Source: Alphaproteobacteria bacterium
Lineage (GTDB): Bacteria; Pseudomonadota; Alphaproteobacteria; Bin95
Direction: 5' to 3'
Assembly (NCBI GenBank): GCA_965200785.1
Contig: CBDAVA010000002.1
Coordinates: forward strand, 291,366-355,365
Length of the DNA stretch: 64,000 nucleotides
A model generated the notes under the pieces. The model was not told the DNA's origin and made no database searches. It saw only the letters and a program-made list of their open reading frames with translations. Numbering within the stretch: the stretch's first letter is position 1; each line of letters opens with the position of its first letter. This document shows, piece by piece, positions 54,144 to 63,213 of the stretch. Made by a program: the position numbers and the translations under genes.

Positions 54144-55657
54144 CTGTCTCCATCCGCCTCGCGCCGGCCGACAATGTGGTTGTCGCCCGGGTCGATATTG
54201 CCGCCGGAACGCATGTCCTTGCGGAGAATGTGACCGCCATCGACCTCGTGCCCGCCGGCCACAAGCTCGCGACGCAACCGATCGCCGCCGGCGAGCCGGT
54301 GCGCAAATACGACCAGATCATCGGCTTCGCGAGCGAGCCGGTCGAGACCGGCGCGCATGTTCATGTGCATAACTGCGCCATGGGCGATTTCGAGCGCGAT
54401 TACGCCTTCGGGCGCGATGTGAAGCCGGTCGATTTCGTGCCCGAAGGCCGGCGGGCGAGTTTCGACGGTTATGTGCGCCCCAACGGGCAGGTCGGCACGC
54501 GGAACTATATCGGCGTGCTGACGAGCGTGAATTGCTCGGCAACGGCCGCGCGTTTCATAGCCGAGGCCGTGGAGGACCGGATACTTGCGGACTATCCGCA
54601 TGTGGACGGCGTGGTGGCGCTAACCCACTCCACCGGCTGCGGCATGGCGGGCGCGGGCGACGGCTATGACAATCTGCAGCGCGTGCTCTGGGGTCATGCG
54701 CGCCATCCGAATTTCGCCGGCGTGCTGCTTGTCGGCCTCGGCTGCGAGGTGAACCAGATCGACTTCCTGCTCGAAGCCTACGGCATCCAGCGCGGGCCGT
54801 TCCTCCAGACCATGAACATTCAGGAGACAGGCGGGCTTCGGAGCACGGTCGAGCGGGGGCGCGACCTCATCCATGACATGCTGCCGGAAGTGAACCGGGC
54901 CCGGCGTCAGCCGGTGGCGGCCTCCGAGCTTACCGTTGCGCTCCAGTGCGGCGGTTCGGACGGCTATTCCGGCATCACCGCCAACCCGGCGCTCGGCGCG
55001 GCCGTGGACACCCTGGTGCGCCACGGCGGCACCGGCGTTCTGGCCGAGACGCCGGAGATCTACGGCGCCGAGCATCTGCTTACCCGCCGGGCTGTCGATG
55101 AGCGCACCGGCCGCAAGCTGATCGAGAGAATCCGCTGGTGGGAAGACTACACAACCCGCAATGGCGGAGAGATGAACAACAATCCGTCTCCCGGCAATAA
55201 GGCCGGCGGCCTCACGACAATCCTGGAAAAGTCGCTGGGCGCGGCGGCCAAGGGCGGGACAACCAACCTCGCCGGCGTCTATCGCTATGGGGAGCCGATA
55301 GACCGCAAGGGGTTCGTGTTCATGGACAGCCCCGGCTACGACCCGTGTTCGATCACCGGCCAGGTGGCGTCCGGCGCAAATCTGGTCTGCTTCACGACCG
55401 GGCGCGGCTCTGTTTACGGCAACAAGCCGGTGCCCTCGATCAAGCTCGCGACCAACACCGAGATGTATCGCCGCCTGGAGGAGGACATGGACATCAATTG
55501 CGGCAGCATCGCCGACGGCGCGGCAAGCGTGGCGGAAGTCGGGACCGAGATTTTCGAGCGGTTCCTTGCGGTGGCGTCGGGTGAGGCCACCAAGTCCGAA
55601 GCCCAGGGCCTTGGCTCGGCGGAGTTCATTCCCTGGCAGGTCGGCGCGGTGATGTAA
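54140..55657 (+). CDS. UxaA family hydrolyase (altronate/galactarate dehydratase-like)
   Basis: 505 aa. N-terminal SAF domain (IRLAPADNVVVARVDIAAGT...PAGHKLA). Contains NCSATAARFIAE and HSTGCGMAG. ATGA overlap with the prpD-like gene. Confidence 0.9.
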   Translation: MTVSIRLAPADNVVVARVDIAAGTHVLAENVTAIDLVPAGHKLATQPIAAGEPVRKYDQIIGFASEPVETGAHVHVHNCAMGDFERDYAFGRDVKPVDFVPEGRRASFDGYVRPNGQVGTRNYIGVLTSVNCSATAARFIAEAVEDRILADYPHVDGVVALTHSTGCGMAGAGDGYDNLQRVLWGHARHPNFAGVLLVGLGCEVNQIDFLLEAYGIQRGPFLQTMNIQETGGLRSTVERGRDLIHDMLPEVNRARRQPVAASELTVALQCGGSDGYSGITANPALGAAVDTLVRHGGTGVLAETPEIYGAEHLLTRRAVDERTGRKLIERIRWWEDYTTRNGGEMNNNPSPGNKAGGLTTILEKSLGAAAKGGTTNLAGVYRYGEPIDRKGFVFMDSPGYDPCSITGQVASGANLVCFTTGRGSVYGNKPVPSIKLATNTEMYRRLEEDMDINCGSIADGAASVAEVGTEIFERFLAVASGEATKSEAQGLGSAEFIPWQVGAVM

Positions 55658-56469
55658 TGCCGGCGGGCGCGTCAAGGCGGTCCGTTGCCGGACCGCCCGC
55701 CGCATGGCGGCGCATGGCCGGCGCGTTACTGCTTCTGCTCGCGGTTGCGGGCGGCGCTTCGGCCAGGGCCGGCGGGGCTGATACGGCCTCCGGCCCGACC
55801 GGGTTTTACGCCGGGGCCTTTGCCGGCGCCGGCTGGACAGCCAACCGTCTGGTCGATGTTGCCGGCTTTGCGAATTGGGGCAATCCCGGGTCGCGCCTCT
55901 CCTATGGCGGCTCCGGGCCGGTCGGCGGCCTGTTGGTCGGCAAGAAGTTCGCGTTCGGCGGCGTGCAGGCCCGGATCGAGCTTGACGCGGCCGCCGGTCG
56001 GCTGTCGGCAGGCACCCGAGAACTCGACCCCACCTGCACGGACGAAGCGGCGGAATCCCGGTTCCGGTGGGCCGCATCGCTGCGCGTCGGCATCGAGCGA
56101 ACCGTGGGCGGCATGACGGCCTTCGCTTCCGGCGGGCCGGCGCTCGCCAGGATCGTCAATTCCGTCACGGACACGGATTACAGCGGCGCGTCCTGCCTGG
56201 AGCGGGATTTGCGCCTGGACCCCGACGACTCCTTCCGGAAGAGCGCGGCCAGGCTGGGGCTGGCGCTCGGAGCCGGGGTGGAAGCGCCGCTGGCCGCAAG
56301 CTGGTCGCTGCGCCTCGAAGCCTCCTGGCTGGATTTCGGGCGCGAAACCTATCTCGTGAACCGCTCCGGCAATAATTCCTGCGGCCGAGGCGGCCCGCGC
56401 GCGCCCTGTCCCTATACCATCGAAAACCGGCTCATCACCCTGCGCCTCGCCGTCATACGGAGCTTCTGA
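55657..56469 (+). CDS. outer-membrane beta-barrel protein (Omp25/OmpW-like)
   Basis: Signal peptide MAGALLLLLAVAGGASARA, so ATG 55714 may be the true start. FYAGAFAGAGW begins the first strand. Alternating beta pattern throughout, with a C-terminal aromatic (RLAVIRSF). Confidence 0.75.
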   Translation: MPAGASRRSVAGPPAAWRRMAGALLLLLAVAGGASARAGGADTASGPTGFYAGAFAGAGWTANRLVDVAGFANWGNPGSRLSYGGSGPVGGLLVGKKFAFGGVQARIELDAAAGRLSAGTRELDPTCTDEAAESRFRWAASLRVGIERTVGGMTAFASGGPALARIVNSVTDTDYSGASCLERDLRLDPDDSFRKSAARLGLALGAGVEAPLAASWSLRLEASWLDFGRETYLVNRSGNNSCGRGGPRAPCPYTIENRLITLRLAVIRSF

Positions 56470-56529
56470 GCCGCAAGCGCGCGGGCGGTCGAAACGCAGC
56501 CGGGACCGCCCTGAGAAAGAGAAAGAGCA

Positions 56530-56997
56530 ATGGCGTTGACGACTCTGCTGGACGCTTTCGCCGCCGCCGTGGAGGCAGGCGACGGCCCCGGCCTTGCCGC
56601 CTGCTTCACGGCGGACGGCATCTATCACGACACCTTCTATGGCGAGTTCGAGGGCCGCGAGGCCATCGCCGACATGCTGGAAAACCACTTCTGGCGGGAC
56701 GCTGAAGGCTTCCGCTGGCGGTTCGAAGACATTTGCGAGGCCGGCGGACTCGGCTACGCGTCCTGGCTGTTCGGCTACCGCTCGCGCCTGGCGGGCGCCG
56801 AGGGCCGCCGGGTCGTCGTCGAGGGCATGTCGCGTTTCCGGCTCCGGGACGGGCTGATTACGCGCTATGACGAACTGCTCGACATTGCGGTCGCGCTGGG
56901 CCAGCTCGATTTCGCTCCCGAGCGCACCGCCCGCATCGCCGCCCGCCACGCCCGCCTCTATCGCGGCCGGGCCGCGCGCACCGGATTCTGGGACTGA
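56530..56997 (+). CDS. nuclear transport factor 2 / SnoaL-like family protein
   Basis: 155 aa. LLDAFAAAVEAGDGPGLAACFTADGIYHDTFYGEF is typical of a SnoaL-like N-terminus. Confidence 0.7.
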   Translation: MALTTLLDAFAAAVEAGDGPGLAACFTADGIYHDTFYGEFEGREAIADMLENHFWRDAEGFRWRFEDICEAGGLGYASWLFGYRSRLAGAEGRRVVVEGMSRFRLRDGLITRYDELLDIAVALGQLDFAPERTARIAARHARLYRGRAARTGFWD

Positions 56998-57099
56998 AGA
57001 AGAAGGAAGGAAAGAAGACGCCGTGATCTGCGTGGACGCGCCTGGAAGCTGCGCCGGACCGGAGCCGGGGAGGGCCGTCGGAGAGGCCGGCGCCCGGCC

Positions 57100-57984
57100 A
57101 TGAGCACGGCCGCCGCATTCCCCCTCTCGCGCGTGCCGGTCGTCAATGTCGCCCAGGTGCCGCAGCGCAGCCCGCTGCGCTATCCCGGCGGCAAGACCTG
57201 GCTCATTCCGCATATCCGGGAGTGGCTCGGCCGGACAAGGCCGGAAATCCTCCTGGAGCCGTTTGCAGGCGGCGCAATCGTCTCTCTGACGGCCGTCATG
57301 GAAGAGTTGGTTCCTGAAGCTGAGATGGTGGAAATCGACCGCGATGTCGCCGCCTTCTGGCGTGCAGCCCTCGATAGCGGCGCAACGCTTTGCGCGTGGA
57401 TACGCCGCTTCGAGCCGACCCAAGAAAATCTCGATCGGCTGCAAGGCAGCCCGCCGGCCACCGTGGCCGAGCACGGTTTCCGCACGCTGGTCATGAATCG
57501 CACCCGGCGGGGCGGTATTCTCGCGCCGGGCGCCTCATTCTCGCGTCATGGCGAGAACGGCAAGGGGCTGCTGTCGCGCTGGTATCCCGAAACGCTGGCG
57601 TCGCGTCTGGCGGCCATTCAGGACTACACGGACCGGCTGACCTTCCTGGAAGGCGACGGCATGAAGAGGCTGCCGACGCTGCTGCGCGGATGGGGCCGCA
57701 AGGCGGCGGTATTCGTGGACCCGCCCTATACGGCCCGGACCGGGAAGCGCGCCGGGGCCCGCCTTTATGCCCATGCAACCGTGGACCATGCCGCGCTGTT
57801 CGGCATTCTGGCCGAAAATGATGCGAACTTCCTGATGACCTATGACGCCGCGCCGGAGATTATCGACCTGGTGCGGCGGCATGATTTCCACGCCGTGGAG
57901 GTTTCAATGAAGAACACGCACCACACCCGCCTGCCCGAACTGGTCATCACGGCGGAGCCGCTTTTCGGCAATATCCCGGATTGA
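57100..57984 (+). CDS. DNA adenine methyltransferase, Dam (D12 class) family
   Basis: 294 aa. Contains SPLRYPGGKTWLIPHI, the EPFAGGA AdoMet loop (FxGxG) and FVDPPY (DPPY catalytic motif). No endonuclease-like gene is adjacent. Confidence 0.85.
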   Translation: MSTAAAFPLSRVPVVNVAQVPQRSPLRYPGGKTWLIPHIREWLGRTRPEILLEPFAGGAIVSLTAVMEELVPEAEMVEIDRDVAAFWRAALDSGATLCAWIRRFEPTQENLDRLQGSPPATVAEHGFRTLVMNRTRRGGILAPGASFSRHGENGKGLLSRWYPETLASRLAAIQDYTDRLTFLEGDGMKRLPTLLRGWGRKAAVFVDPPYTARTGKRAGARLYAHATVDHAALFGILAENDANFLMTYDAAPEIIDLVRRHDFHAVEVSMKNTHHTRLPELVITAEPLFGNIPD

Positions 57985-58020
57985 AATCCGCGCCCCCGAG
58001 GCCGCCCCCGGCGCCGCCCG

Positions 58021-58722
58021 CTACACGCCGAGCCAGCGCTCCAGGTCGGCGCGGCCGGCGGTTAGGTCCCCGCTGCTGCCGGTCCACACCATGCGGCCCT
58101 TCTCGACGATATAGTGGCGGTCTGCGAAGCGGGCGAGGTCGGCGACATTGCGGTCTATGGCGAGGATCGCCTGGCCTTCCGCCTTCAGGCCCGCCAAGCT
58201 CTCCCAGATGCGCCGGCGGACCAGCGGCGCCAGGCCCTCCGTCGCCTCGTCCAGCACCAGCAGCTTCGGATTGGTCGTCAGCGCGCGGCCGATGGCCAGC
58301 ATTTGCTGCTCCCCGCCGGAGAGCAGATTGCCCATGCTGCGCCGCCGCGCCTCCAGCTCCGGGAACATGGCGAAGATGCGCCGGGCCGTCCAGGGGCTGG
58401 CGCGGCGCCCGCGATTGGCCGCCGCCGCGGCGAGGTTCTCCTCCACGGTGAGATTCGGAAACACCTGCCGGCCTTCCGGCACGAGGCCGAGGCCAAGCCG
58501 TGCGATACGGTGAGAGGGCATGCCGCGCAACTCGCGGCCCTCGAACGCGATCTGGCCCGCCGCAGCCGGCACGATGCCGAACACCGAGTTCACCGTCGTC
58601 GTCTTGCCCATGCCGTTGCGCCCCATCAGGCCGACCGCCTCGCCCTCGCCCACCTCCAGCGAGATACCGAACAGCGCCTGGCTGCGGCCGTAGAAGGTTT
58701 GCAACCCCTCGATGCGGAGCAT
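58021..58722 (-). CDS. livF: branched-chain amino acid ABC transporter ATP-binding protein (LivF-like)
   Basis: 233 aa. Walker A GRNGMGKTT, signature LSGGEQQMLAIGRAL, Walker B LLVLDEATEGLAP. Confidence 0.9.
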   Translation of the reverse strand: MLRIEGLQTFYGRSQALFGISLEVGEGEAVGLMGRNGMGKTTTVNSVFGIVPAAAGQIAFEGRELRGMPSHRIARLGLGLVPEGRQVFPNLTVEENLAAAAANRGRRASPWTARRIFAMFPELEARRRSMGNLLSGGEQQMLAIGRALTTNPKLLVLDEATEGLAPLVRRRIWESLAGLKAEGQAILAIDRNVADLARFADRHYIVEKGRMVWTGSSGDLTAGRADLERWLGV

Positions 58723-58723
58723 G

Positions 58724-59476
58724 TCAGACCGCCTCGTCGCCCAGATAGGCGCGGCGCACGGCCTCGTCGGCGCGCACGGCCGCCGGCGCGCCCGAGGCGG
58801 CGATGCGCCCGTTCACCAGCACGCTGATCCGGTCGGCCAGGGCAAACACGACATCCATGTCATGTTCGACAAGCAGCATGGTCTTCTCGCCCTTCAGGCT
58901 TTCGAGAATGCCGGTCATGCGCCGGCTCTCCTCGGCGCTCATGCCCGCCATGGGTTCGTCCAGAAGCAGCAATTCCGGCTCCGCCGCCAGGGTCATGGCG
59001 AGCTCCAGCTGCCGGTGTTCGCCGTGGCTGATTGCGCCGGCCTGCTCCTCCGCGGCATGGGCGAGGCCGACCCGCTCCAGGGCCGCCGCCGCCGGGCGGA
59101 TGAGCGCGGGGTCCTGTCTGGCGGGCCGCCAGAACCTGAAGCTCCGCCCTTCGCCGGCCAGCACCGCCAGCATCGCATTGTCCAGCACCCGCATTGCGGG
59201 CACGATGCTGGTGATCTGGAACGAGCGCGCAAGGCCCAGCCGCGCGCGCATATGCGCCGGTCGATGGGCGATGTCCCGCCCGTCCAGCAGGATGCGGCCA
59301 TGGTCCGGCCGCTGCTCTCCGGCCAGCAGGGAAATCAGCGTCGTCTTGCCGGCGCCGTTCGGGCCGATCACGGCATGGACCTCGCCGCGGCGCACCTCCA
59401 GCGATACGCCGTCGACCGCCGACACGCCGCCAAAGCTCTTTTGCAAGTCCTCGACCCGGAGCAGCGCTTCAACCAC
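58724..59476 (-). CDS. livG: branched-chain amino acid ABC transporter ATP-binding protein (LivG-like)
   Basis: 250 aa. Walker A GPNGAGKTT and Walker B LLLLDEPMAGMS. Ends YLGDEAV. Confidence 0.9.
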   Translation of the reverse strand: MVEALLRVEDLQKSFGGVSAVDGVSLEVRRGEVHAVIGPNGAGKTTLISLLAGEQRPDHGRILLDGRDIAHRPAHMRARLGLARSFQITSIVPAMRVLDNAMLAVLAGEGRSFRFWRPARQDPALIRPAAAALERVGLAHAAEEQAGAISHGEHRQLELAMTLAAEPELLLLDEPMAGMSAEESRRMTGILESLKGEKTMLLVEHDMDVVFALADRISVLVNGRIAASGAPAAVRADEAVRRAYLGDEAV

Positions 59477-60392
59477 GGCGGTTCCCCAGCAGCCCGGCGA
59501 CGCCGCCGCGCGCGAACAGCACCACCAGAATGAGGATAAGGCCGAAGGGAAGCTGCCAGTAGAGTGTCCAGCCGGACAGGAACTCCTCCAGCAGCAGGAA
59601 GACGGCCGCCCCCATCAGCGGGCCGAACAAGGCGCCTGTTCCGCCCAGCACCACCATGAAGATCAGTTCGCCGGAGCGCGTCCAGTCCATCATTTCCGGG
59701 CTGATGAAATTGGTGAAATTGCCGAGCAGCGCGCCGGCGAGCCCGCATAATGCGCCGGCCAGGGTGTAGGCGGTGAGGCGGTGGCGGTAGAACGCGAAGC
59801 CGAGCGCCGCCATGCGCCGCTCATTCCCCTTCGCGCCCTCGATCACCATGCCGAAGCGCGAGCGCGTCACCCGGTGCACCAGCCAGAGCGTGCCCAGCAG
59901 CAGGGCGAAACAGGCGTAATAGAGGGTGAGACTGTCCTCCAGGTCGATCAGGGGAAACTCGGAGCGGATGTCGATCACGAGGCCGTCGTCGCCGCCATAT
60001 TCCTCGATGCTGACAATGGCGAAGAACATCATCTGCGCGAAGGCCATGGTGATCATGATGAAATAGACGCCGCGTGTGCGCAGCGCGATGGCGCCGGTGG
60101 CCAGCGCGAACGCCGCCGAGCACAGCACCGCCAGCACGAGATGCAGCCAGCCGTCATATATGCCGTAATAGGCCGGGATGCCGACCGCATAGGCGCCGAT
60201 GCCGATATAGGCGGCGTGGCCGAAGCTGATCATCCCGCCATGGCCCAGGATGAGGTTCAGCGAGGTCGCGGCGGCGGCGAGGCAGACGAGCCGCGTCAGA
60301 ATGTCGACATAAAACGGCTGGCCGGCAGCCAGCGCCAGCAGCGGGCTGACAGCAAGCGCCGCCAGCAGCAGCCAGCCGACCGCGCGGCTCAT
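59469..60392 (-). CDS. livM: branched-chain amino acid ABC transporter permease (LivM-like)
   Basis: 307-aa polytopic protein. Overlaps its neighbours by 8 and 4 nt. Confidence 0.88.
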   Translation of the reverse strand: MSRAVGWLLLAALAVSPLLALAAGQPFYVDILTRLVCLAAAATSLNLILGHGGMISFGHAAYIGIGAYAVGIPAYYGIYDGWLHLVLAVLCSAAFALATGAIALRTRGVYFIMITMAFAQMMFFAIVSIEEYGGDDGLVIDIRSEFPLIDLEDSLTLYYACFALLLGTLWLVHRVTRSRFGMVIEGAKGNERRMAALGFAFYRHRLTAYTLAGALCGLAGALLGNFTNFISPEMMDWTRSGELIFMVVLGGTGALFGPLMGAAVFLLLEEFLSGWTLYWQLPFGLILILVVLFARGGVAGLLGNRRG

Positions 60393-61312
60393 CGCGTCTT
60401 CGGCGGAAACAGGCCCTGCGGGCGGAAAGCCAGCACGGCCGCCATCAGGATATAGATCAGCATCGCCGAAAACGCCGGCGCGGAGGTCTCCGCCGCCTGG
60501 GCGCTTATCAGCAGCTTGAGGGCCATGTCGAGGAAGGAGCGGCCCATCGTGTCGATCATCCCGATCAGCAGGGCGGCGACGAAGGCGCCCCGGATGGAGC
60601 CGATGCCGCCCACGATGACCACGACGAACGCCGTGATGATGATCTCGTTGCCCATGCCGATGGAGGCTTCGGTGATCGGCGCGATCATCATGCCCGCCAG
60701 CCCGGCCATGACCGCGCCGAGCGCAAAGACCGTCGTGAACAGCAGGCCGATATCGATGCCGAGCGCGCCGGCCATGGCCGGGTTCGATGCGCCCGCGCGG
60801 ATGCGCATCCCGATCCGCGTTCGGGCGACAAGCCCGTACAGCCCGCCCGCCACGGCCAGCCCCGCCGCAATGATCAGCAGCCGGTAGGTCGGAAACACCA
60901 GCCCGCCCGGCAGCGCCACCTGCCCGTCGGCCCAGGCCGGCAGCCGGATGGCCATGCCCTCCGGCCCGCAGATCACCTGCACCAGAGCGTCGAAACAGAG
61001 GATCAGGCCGAAAGTCGCGAGCACGTGGTCAAGATGGTCGCGGCGGTAAAGCCGCCGCACGACCAGCAGCTCGACCGCCGCCCCGACCAGCGCGGTCGCC
61101 GGCAGCGCCAGCGCCACCGCGAGCAGAAACGACCCTGTCGCCTCGGTCAGCACGGCGCAGAAATAGGCGCCGACCATGTAGAGCGAGCCATGCGCCAGGT
61201 TGACGAAGTCCATGATGCCGAAAATGAGCGTCAGCCCGGAGGCGAGCAGAAACAGCAGCACTCCGAGCTGAAGCCCGTTCAGCACCTGCGCGGCGACGAG
61301 GCCCGCATCCAT
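60389..61312 (-). CDS. livH: branched-chain amino acid ABC transporter permease (LivH-like)
   Basis: 307 aa. Contains GIMDFVNLAHGSLYMVGAY. Confidence 0.9.
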   Translation of the reverse strand: MDAGLVAAQVLNGLQLGVLLFLLASGLTLIFGIMDFVNLAHGSLYMVGAYFCAVLTEATGSFLLAVALALPATALVGAAVELLVVRRLYRRDHLDHVLATFGLILCFDALVQVICGPEGMAIRLPAWADGQVALPGGLVFPTYRLLIIAAGLAVAGGLYGLVARTRIGMRIRAGASNPAMAGALGIDIGLLFTTVFALGAVMAGLAGMMIAPITEASIGMGNEIIITAFVVVIVGGIGSIRGAFVAALLIGMIDTMGRSFLDMALKLLISAQAAETSAPAFSAMLIYILMAAVLAFRPQGLFPPKTR

Positions 61313-61330
61313 GGCGGGCGGCCCCCTTCG

Positions 61331-62515
61331 CTACATGCTGCACTCGGCGGCGTAGGAGTCCTGATGGTCTGTCAACACCGTATCGACCACGGTCGTCGTC
61401 CAGACGCCGTCCGCATCCTCCACCACCTTGCGCAGATAGAAGTTCTGGATCGGGAAGTGATTGTTTCCGTAGCGGAACGGGCCGCGCACCGAGGGGAAGT
61501 CGGCCTTCGCCATGGCGGCGCGCATGCCGTCCATGTTGTCCAGCTTCCCGTCAACGGCCTCGACCGCGCTCTTGATGAGGAAAATCGTGTCATAGGACTG
61601 CGCGGCGTAGAAGGAGGGGTAGCGGCCATAGGCCTCCTTGAAGCCGGCCACGAATTTCGCGTTTTGCGGCGTATCGAGGTCGGGCCCCCAGAACTGCGTG
61701 TTGAGCGAGCCCAGAACGCCGGTCATATTGGCCTTCTGGAGGTTGGGCAGGGCAATCGAATCGACGGTGAATACCGAGTAGAGATCGATCTGGCCCTGAA
61801 GGCCGGCCTGCTGATACTGCTTGATGAACGCGCCGCCGGCCTTGCCGGGGTAGAAGACGAAAATCGCATCCGGATTTGCGGCCTTGGCCTTGGCGAGCTC
61901 GGCCGAGAAGTCGAGCTGGGCGTCCTTGCCCCATTTGGTCATGTCCTTGCCGACGACCTCGCCCTTGAAGGTGCGCTCGACGCCCGAGACCATGTTCTTG
62001 CCGGCTGCGTAATTGGGCGCCATGACATAAATCGACTTGACGCCGCGCTGGTTCAGCACCTCGCCCATCGCCATCGGCGTCTGGTCGTTCTGCCAGGAGG
62101 TGGAGAAGAAGTTCTCATGGCAGAGCTTGCCGGCGATCTGCGAGGGGCCGGCATTGGAGCTGATGAGAAACTTGCCGCCGTCCAGCGCGGATTTGCGCGA
62201 GGCGAGCAGCACATGCGACCAGATGAAGCCGGCGACGAAATGCACATCGTCCTGCTTGACCAGCTTGTCGGTCTTCTGCTTGCCGGTCTCGGGCTTGAAG
62301 CCGTCGTCTTCCACAATCAGCTCGACCGGCAGGCCGCCCATCTGGCCGCCGATATCCCGAACGGCCAGGTTGACGGCATCGACCATATCGCGGCCGATAA
62401 CGCCGGCGGGCGTCGTCAATGTCGTGACAAAGCCGATCTTGACCTTGTCGGCGCTGAATGCCGGCGACGCCAACAGCGCGGCGGCAGCCGCCAGCGCAAG
62501 CGCGGATTTCTTCAT
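61331..62515 (-). CDS. branched-chain amino acid ABC transporter substrate-binding protein (LivK/LivJ-like)
   Basis: Internal ATG 62515 of the 555-aa ORF gives MKKSALALAAAAALLASPAFSADKVKIGFVTTLTTPAG (signal peptide plus mature start). The upstream 160 codons lie in the repeat region and are low-complexity. Confidence 0.9.
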   Translation of the reverse strand: MKKSALALAAAAALLASPAFSADKVKIGFVTTLTTPAGVIGRDMVDAVNLAVRDIGGQMGGLPVELIVEDDGFKPETGKQKTDKLVKQDDVHFVAGFIWSHVLLASRKSALDGGKFLISSNAGPSQIAGKLCHENFFSTSWQNDQTPMAMGEVLNQRGVKSIYVMAPNYAAGKNMVSGVERTFKGEVVGKDMTKWGKDAQLDFSAELAKAKAANPDAIFVFYPGKAGGAFIKQYQQAGLQGQIDLYSVFTVDSIALPNLQKANMTGVLGSLNTQFWGPDLDTPQNAKFVAGFKEAYGRYPSFYAAQSYDTIFLIKSAVEAVDGKLDNMDGMRAAMAKADFPSVRGPFRYGNNHFPIQNFYLRKVVEDADGVWTTTVVDTVLTDHQDSYAAECSM

Positions 62516-62685
62516 GGCACAAGCCCTCCCGGTTCGGCGGCGCACCGCCGGATCGCAACAACCCCGCAGTCTATCGCGATTATGCCGAAGACGGAAACCG
62601 GCCCGGCGGCCGGTAGCATCTCCGTTTGACTTTCGCGTTCCTCTGGCAGATTGAGCCAGGGGCTTGAGAGGCCCGGCCCTCCGCT

Positions 62686-62846
62686 CCGAACTCCCCGGCG
62701 CCGCCCCGAACTCCCCGGCGCCGCCCCGAACTCCCCGGCGCCGCCCCGAACTCCCCGGCGGTGCCCCGGACACCCCTACTGCCGCTCCGGACCCCCTGTT
62801 GCCGCCCCGGACGCCCCTACTGTCGCCCCGGCCTTGAGCCGGGGCC
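62686..62846. repeat. tandem 20/21-bp repeat array (unit 1)
   Basis: CCGAACTCCCCGGCGCCGCC occurs three times perfectly (62686, 62706, 62726) and once with 2 changes (62746). Degenerate 20-21-bp units follow, each starting with CCGG (62766, 62787, 62807, 62828). Confidence 0.9.
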
Positions 62847-63094
62847 CAGCCTCCGATCCTTCCGCAGCGCCGAAACGGCAGATCATGGACCCCGGCTCTC
62901 CGCTCTGCTCCGACCGGGGTGACGAAAGGGAGGCGATACAAGCGGCGCGGCACCAAGGCGCCTTCCGAAAAACCCGCCGGCACGGGCCTTCGTTGCAAAC
63001 TGAGGCACGACCCGGCGGCCGGTCGTGTCTCGGTTTGACAGTCGCGTTCCTCTGGCAGATTGAGCCAGGGGCTTGAGAGGCCCAGCCCTCCGCC

Positions 63095-63213
63095 CCGGAC
63101 TCCCCGGCGACGCTCCGAACTCCCCGGCGACGCCTTGGCCCCCCTGTTGCCGCCCCGGCCCCCCTGCTGTCGCCCCGGACCCCCTACTGTCGCCCCGGCC
63201 TTGAGCCGAGGCC
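63095..63213. repeat. tandem 20-bp repeat array (unit 2, shorter and more degenerate)
   Basis: CCGGACTCCCCGGCGACGCT, CCGAACTCCCCGGCGACGCC, TTGGCCCCCCTGTTGCCGCC, CCGGCCCCCCTGCTGTCGCC, CCGGACCCCCTACTGTCGCC, CCGGCCTTGAGCCGAGGCC. Confidence 0.85.

Noticed and set aside
52650-56077. Two 485-aa minus-strand ORFs (52650..54107 and 54620..56077)
   Set aside because: They are antisense to the PrpD-like and UxaA-like genes, and are shadow ORFs.
55726-57474. 582-aa ORF on the minus strand
   Set aside because: It is antisense to the OMP, NTF2-like and Dam genes, and has no recognisable motifs.
61025-62629. 534-aa ORF on the plus strand
   Set aside because: It is antisense to livH and livK, and is a shadow ORF.
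62686-62846. CRISPR array hypothesis for the 20-bp repeats
   Set aside because: The repeats are directly adjacent with no spacers, the units are too short, and no cas genes are in the window.
61331-62998. 555-aa ORF extending livK upstream into the repeat region
   Set aside because: A canonical signal peptide and start (MKKSALALAAAAALLASPAFS) occur at 62515. The upstream extension merely translates the 20-bp tandem repeats (GAPGSSGRRRGVRGGAGEFG...).
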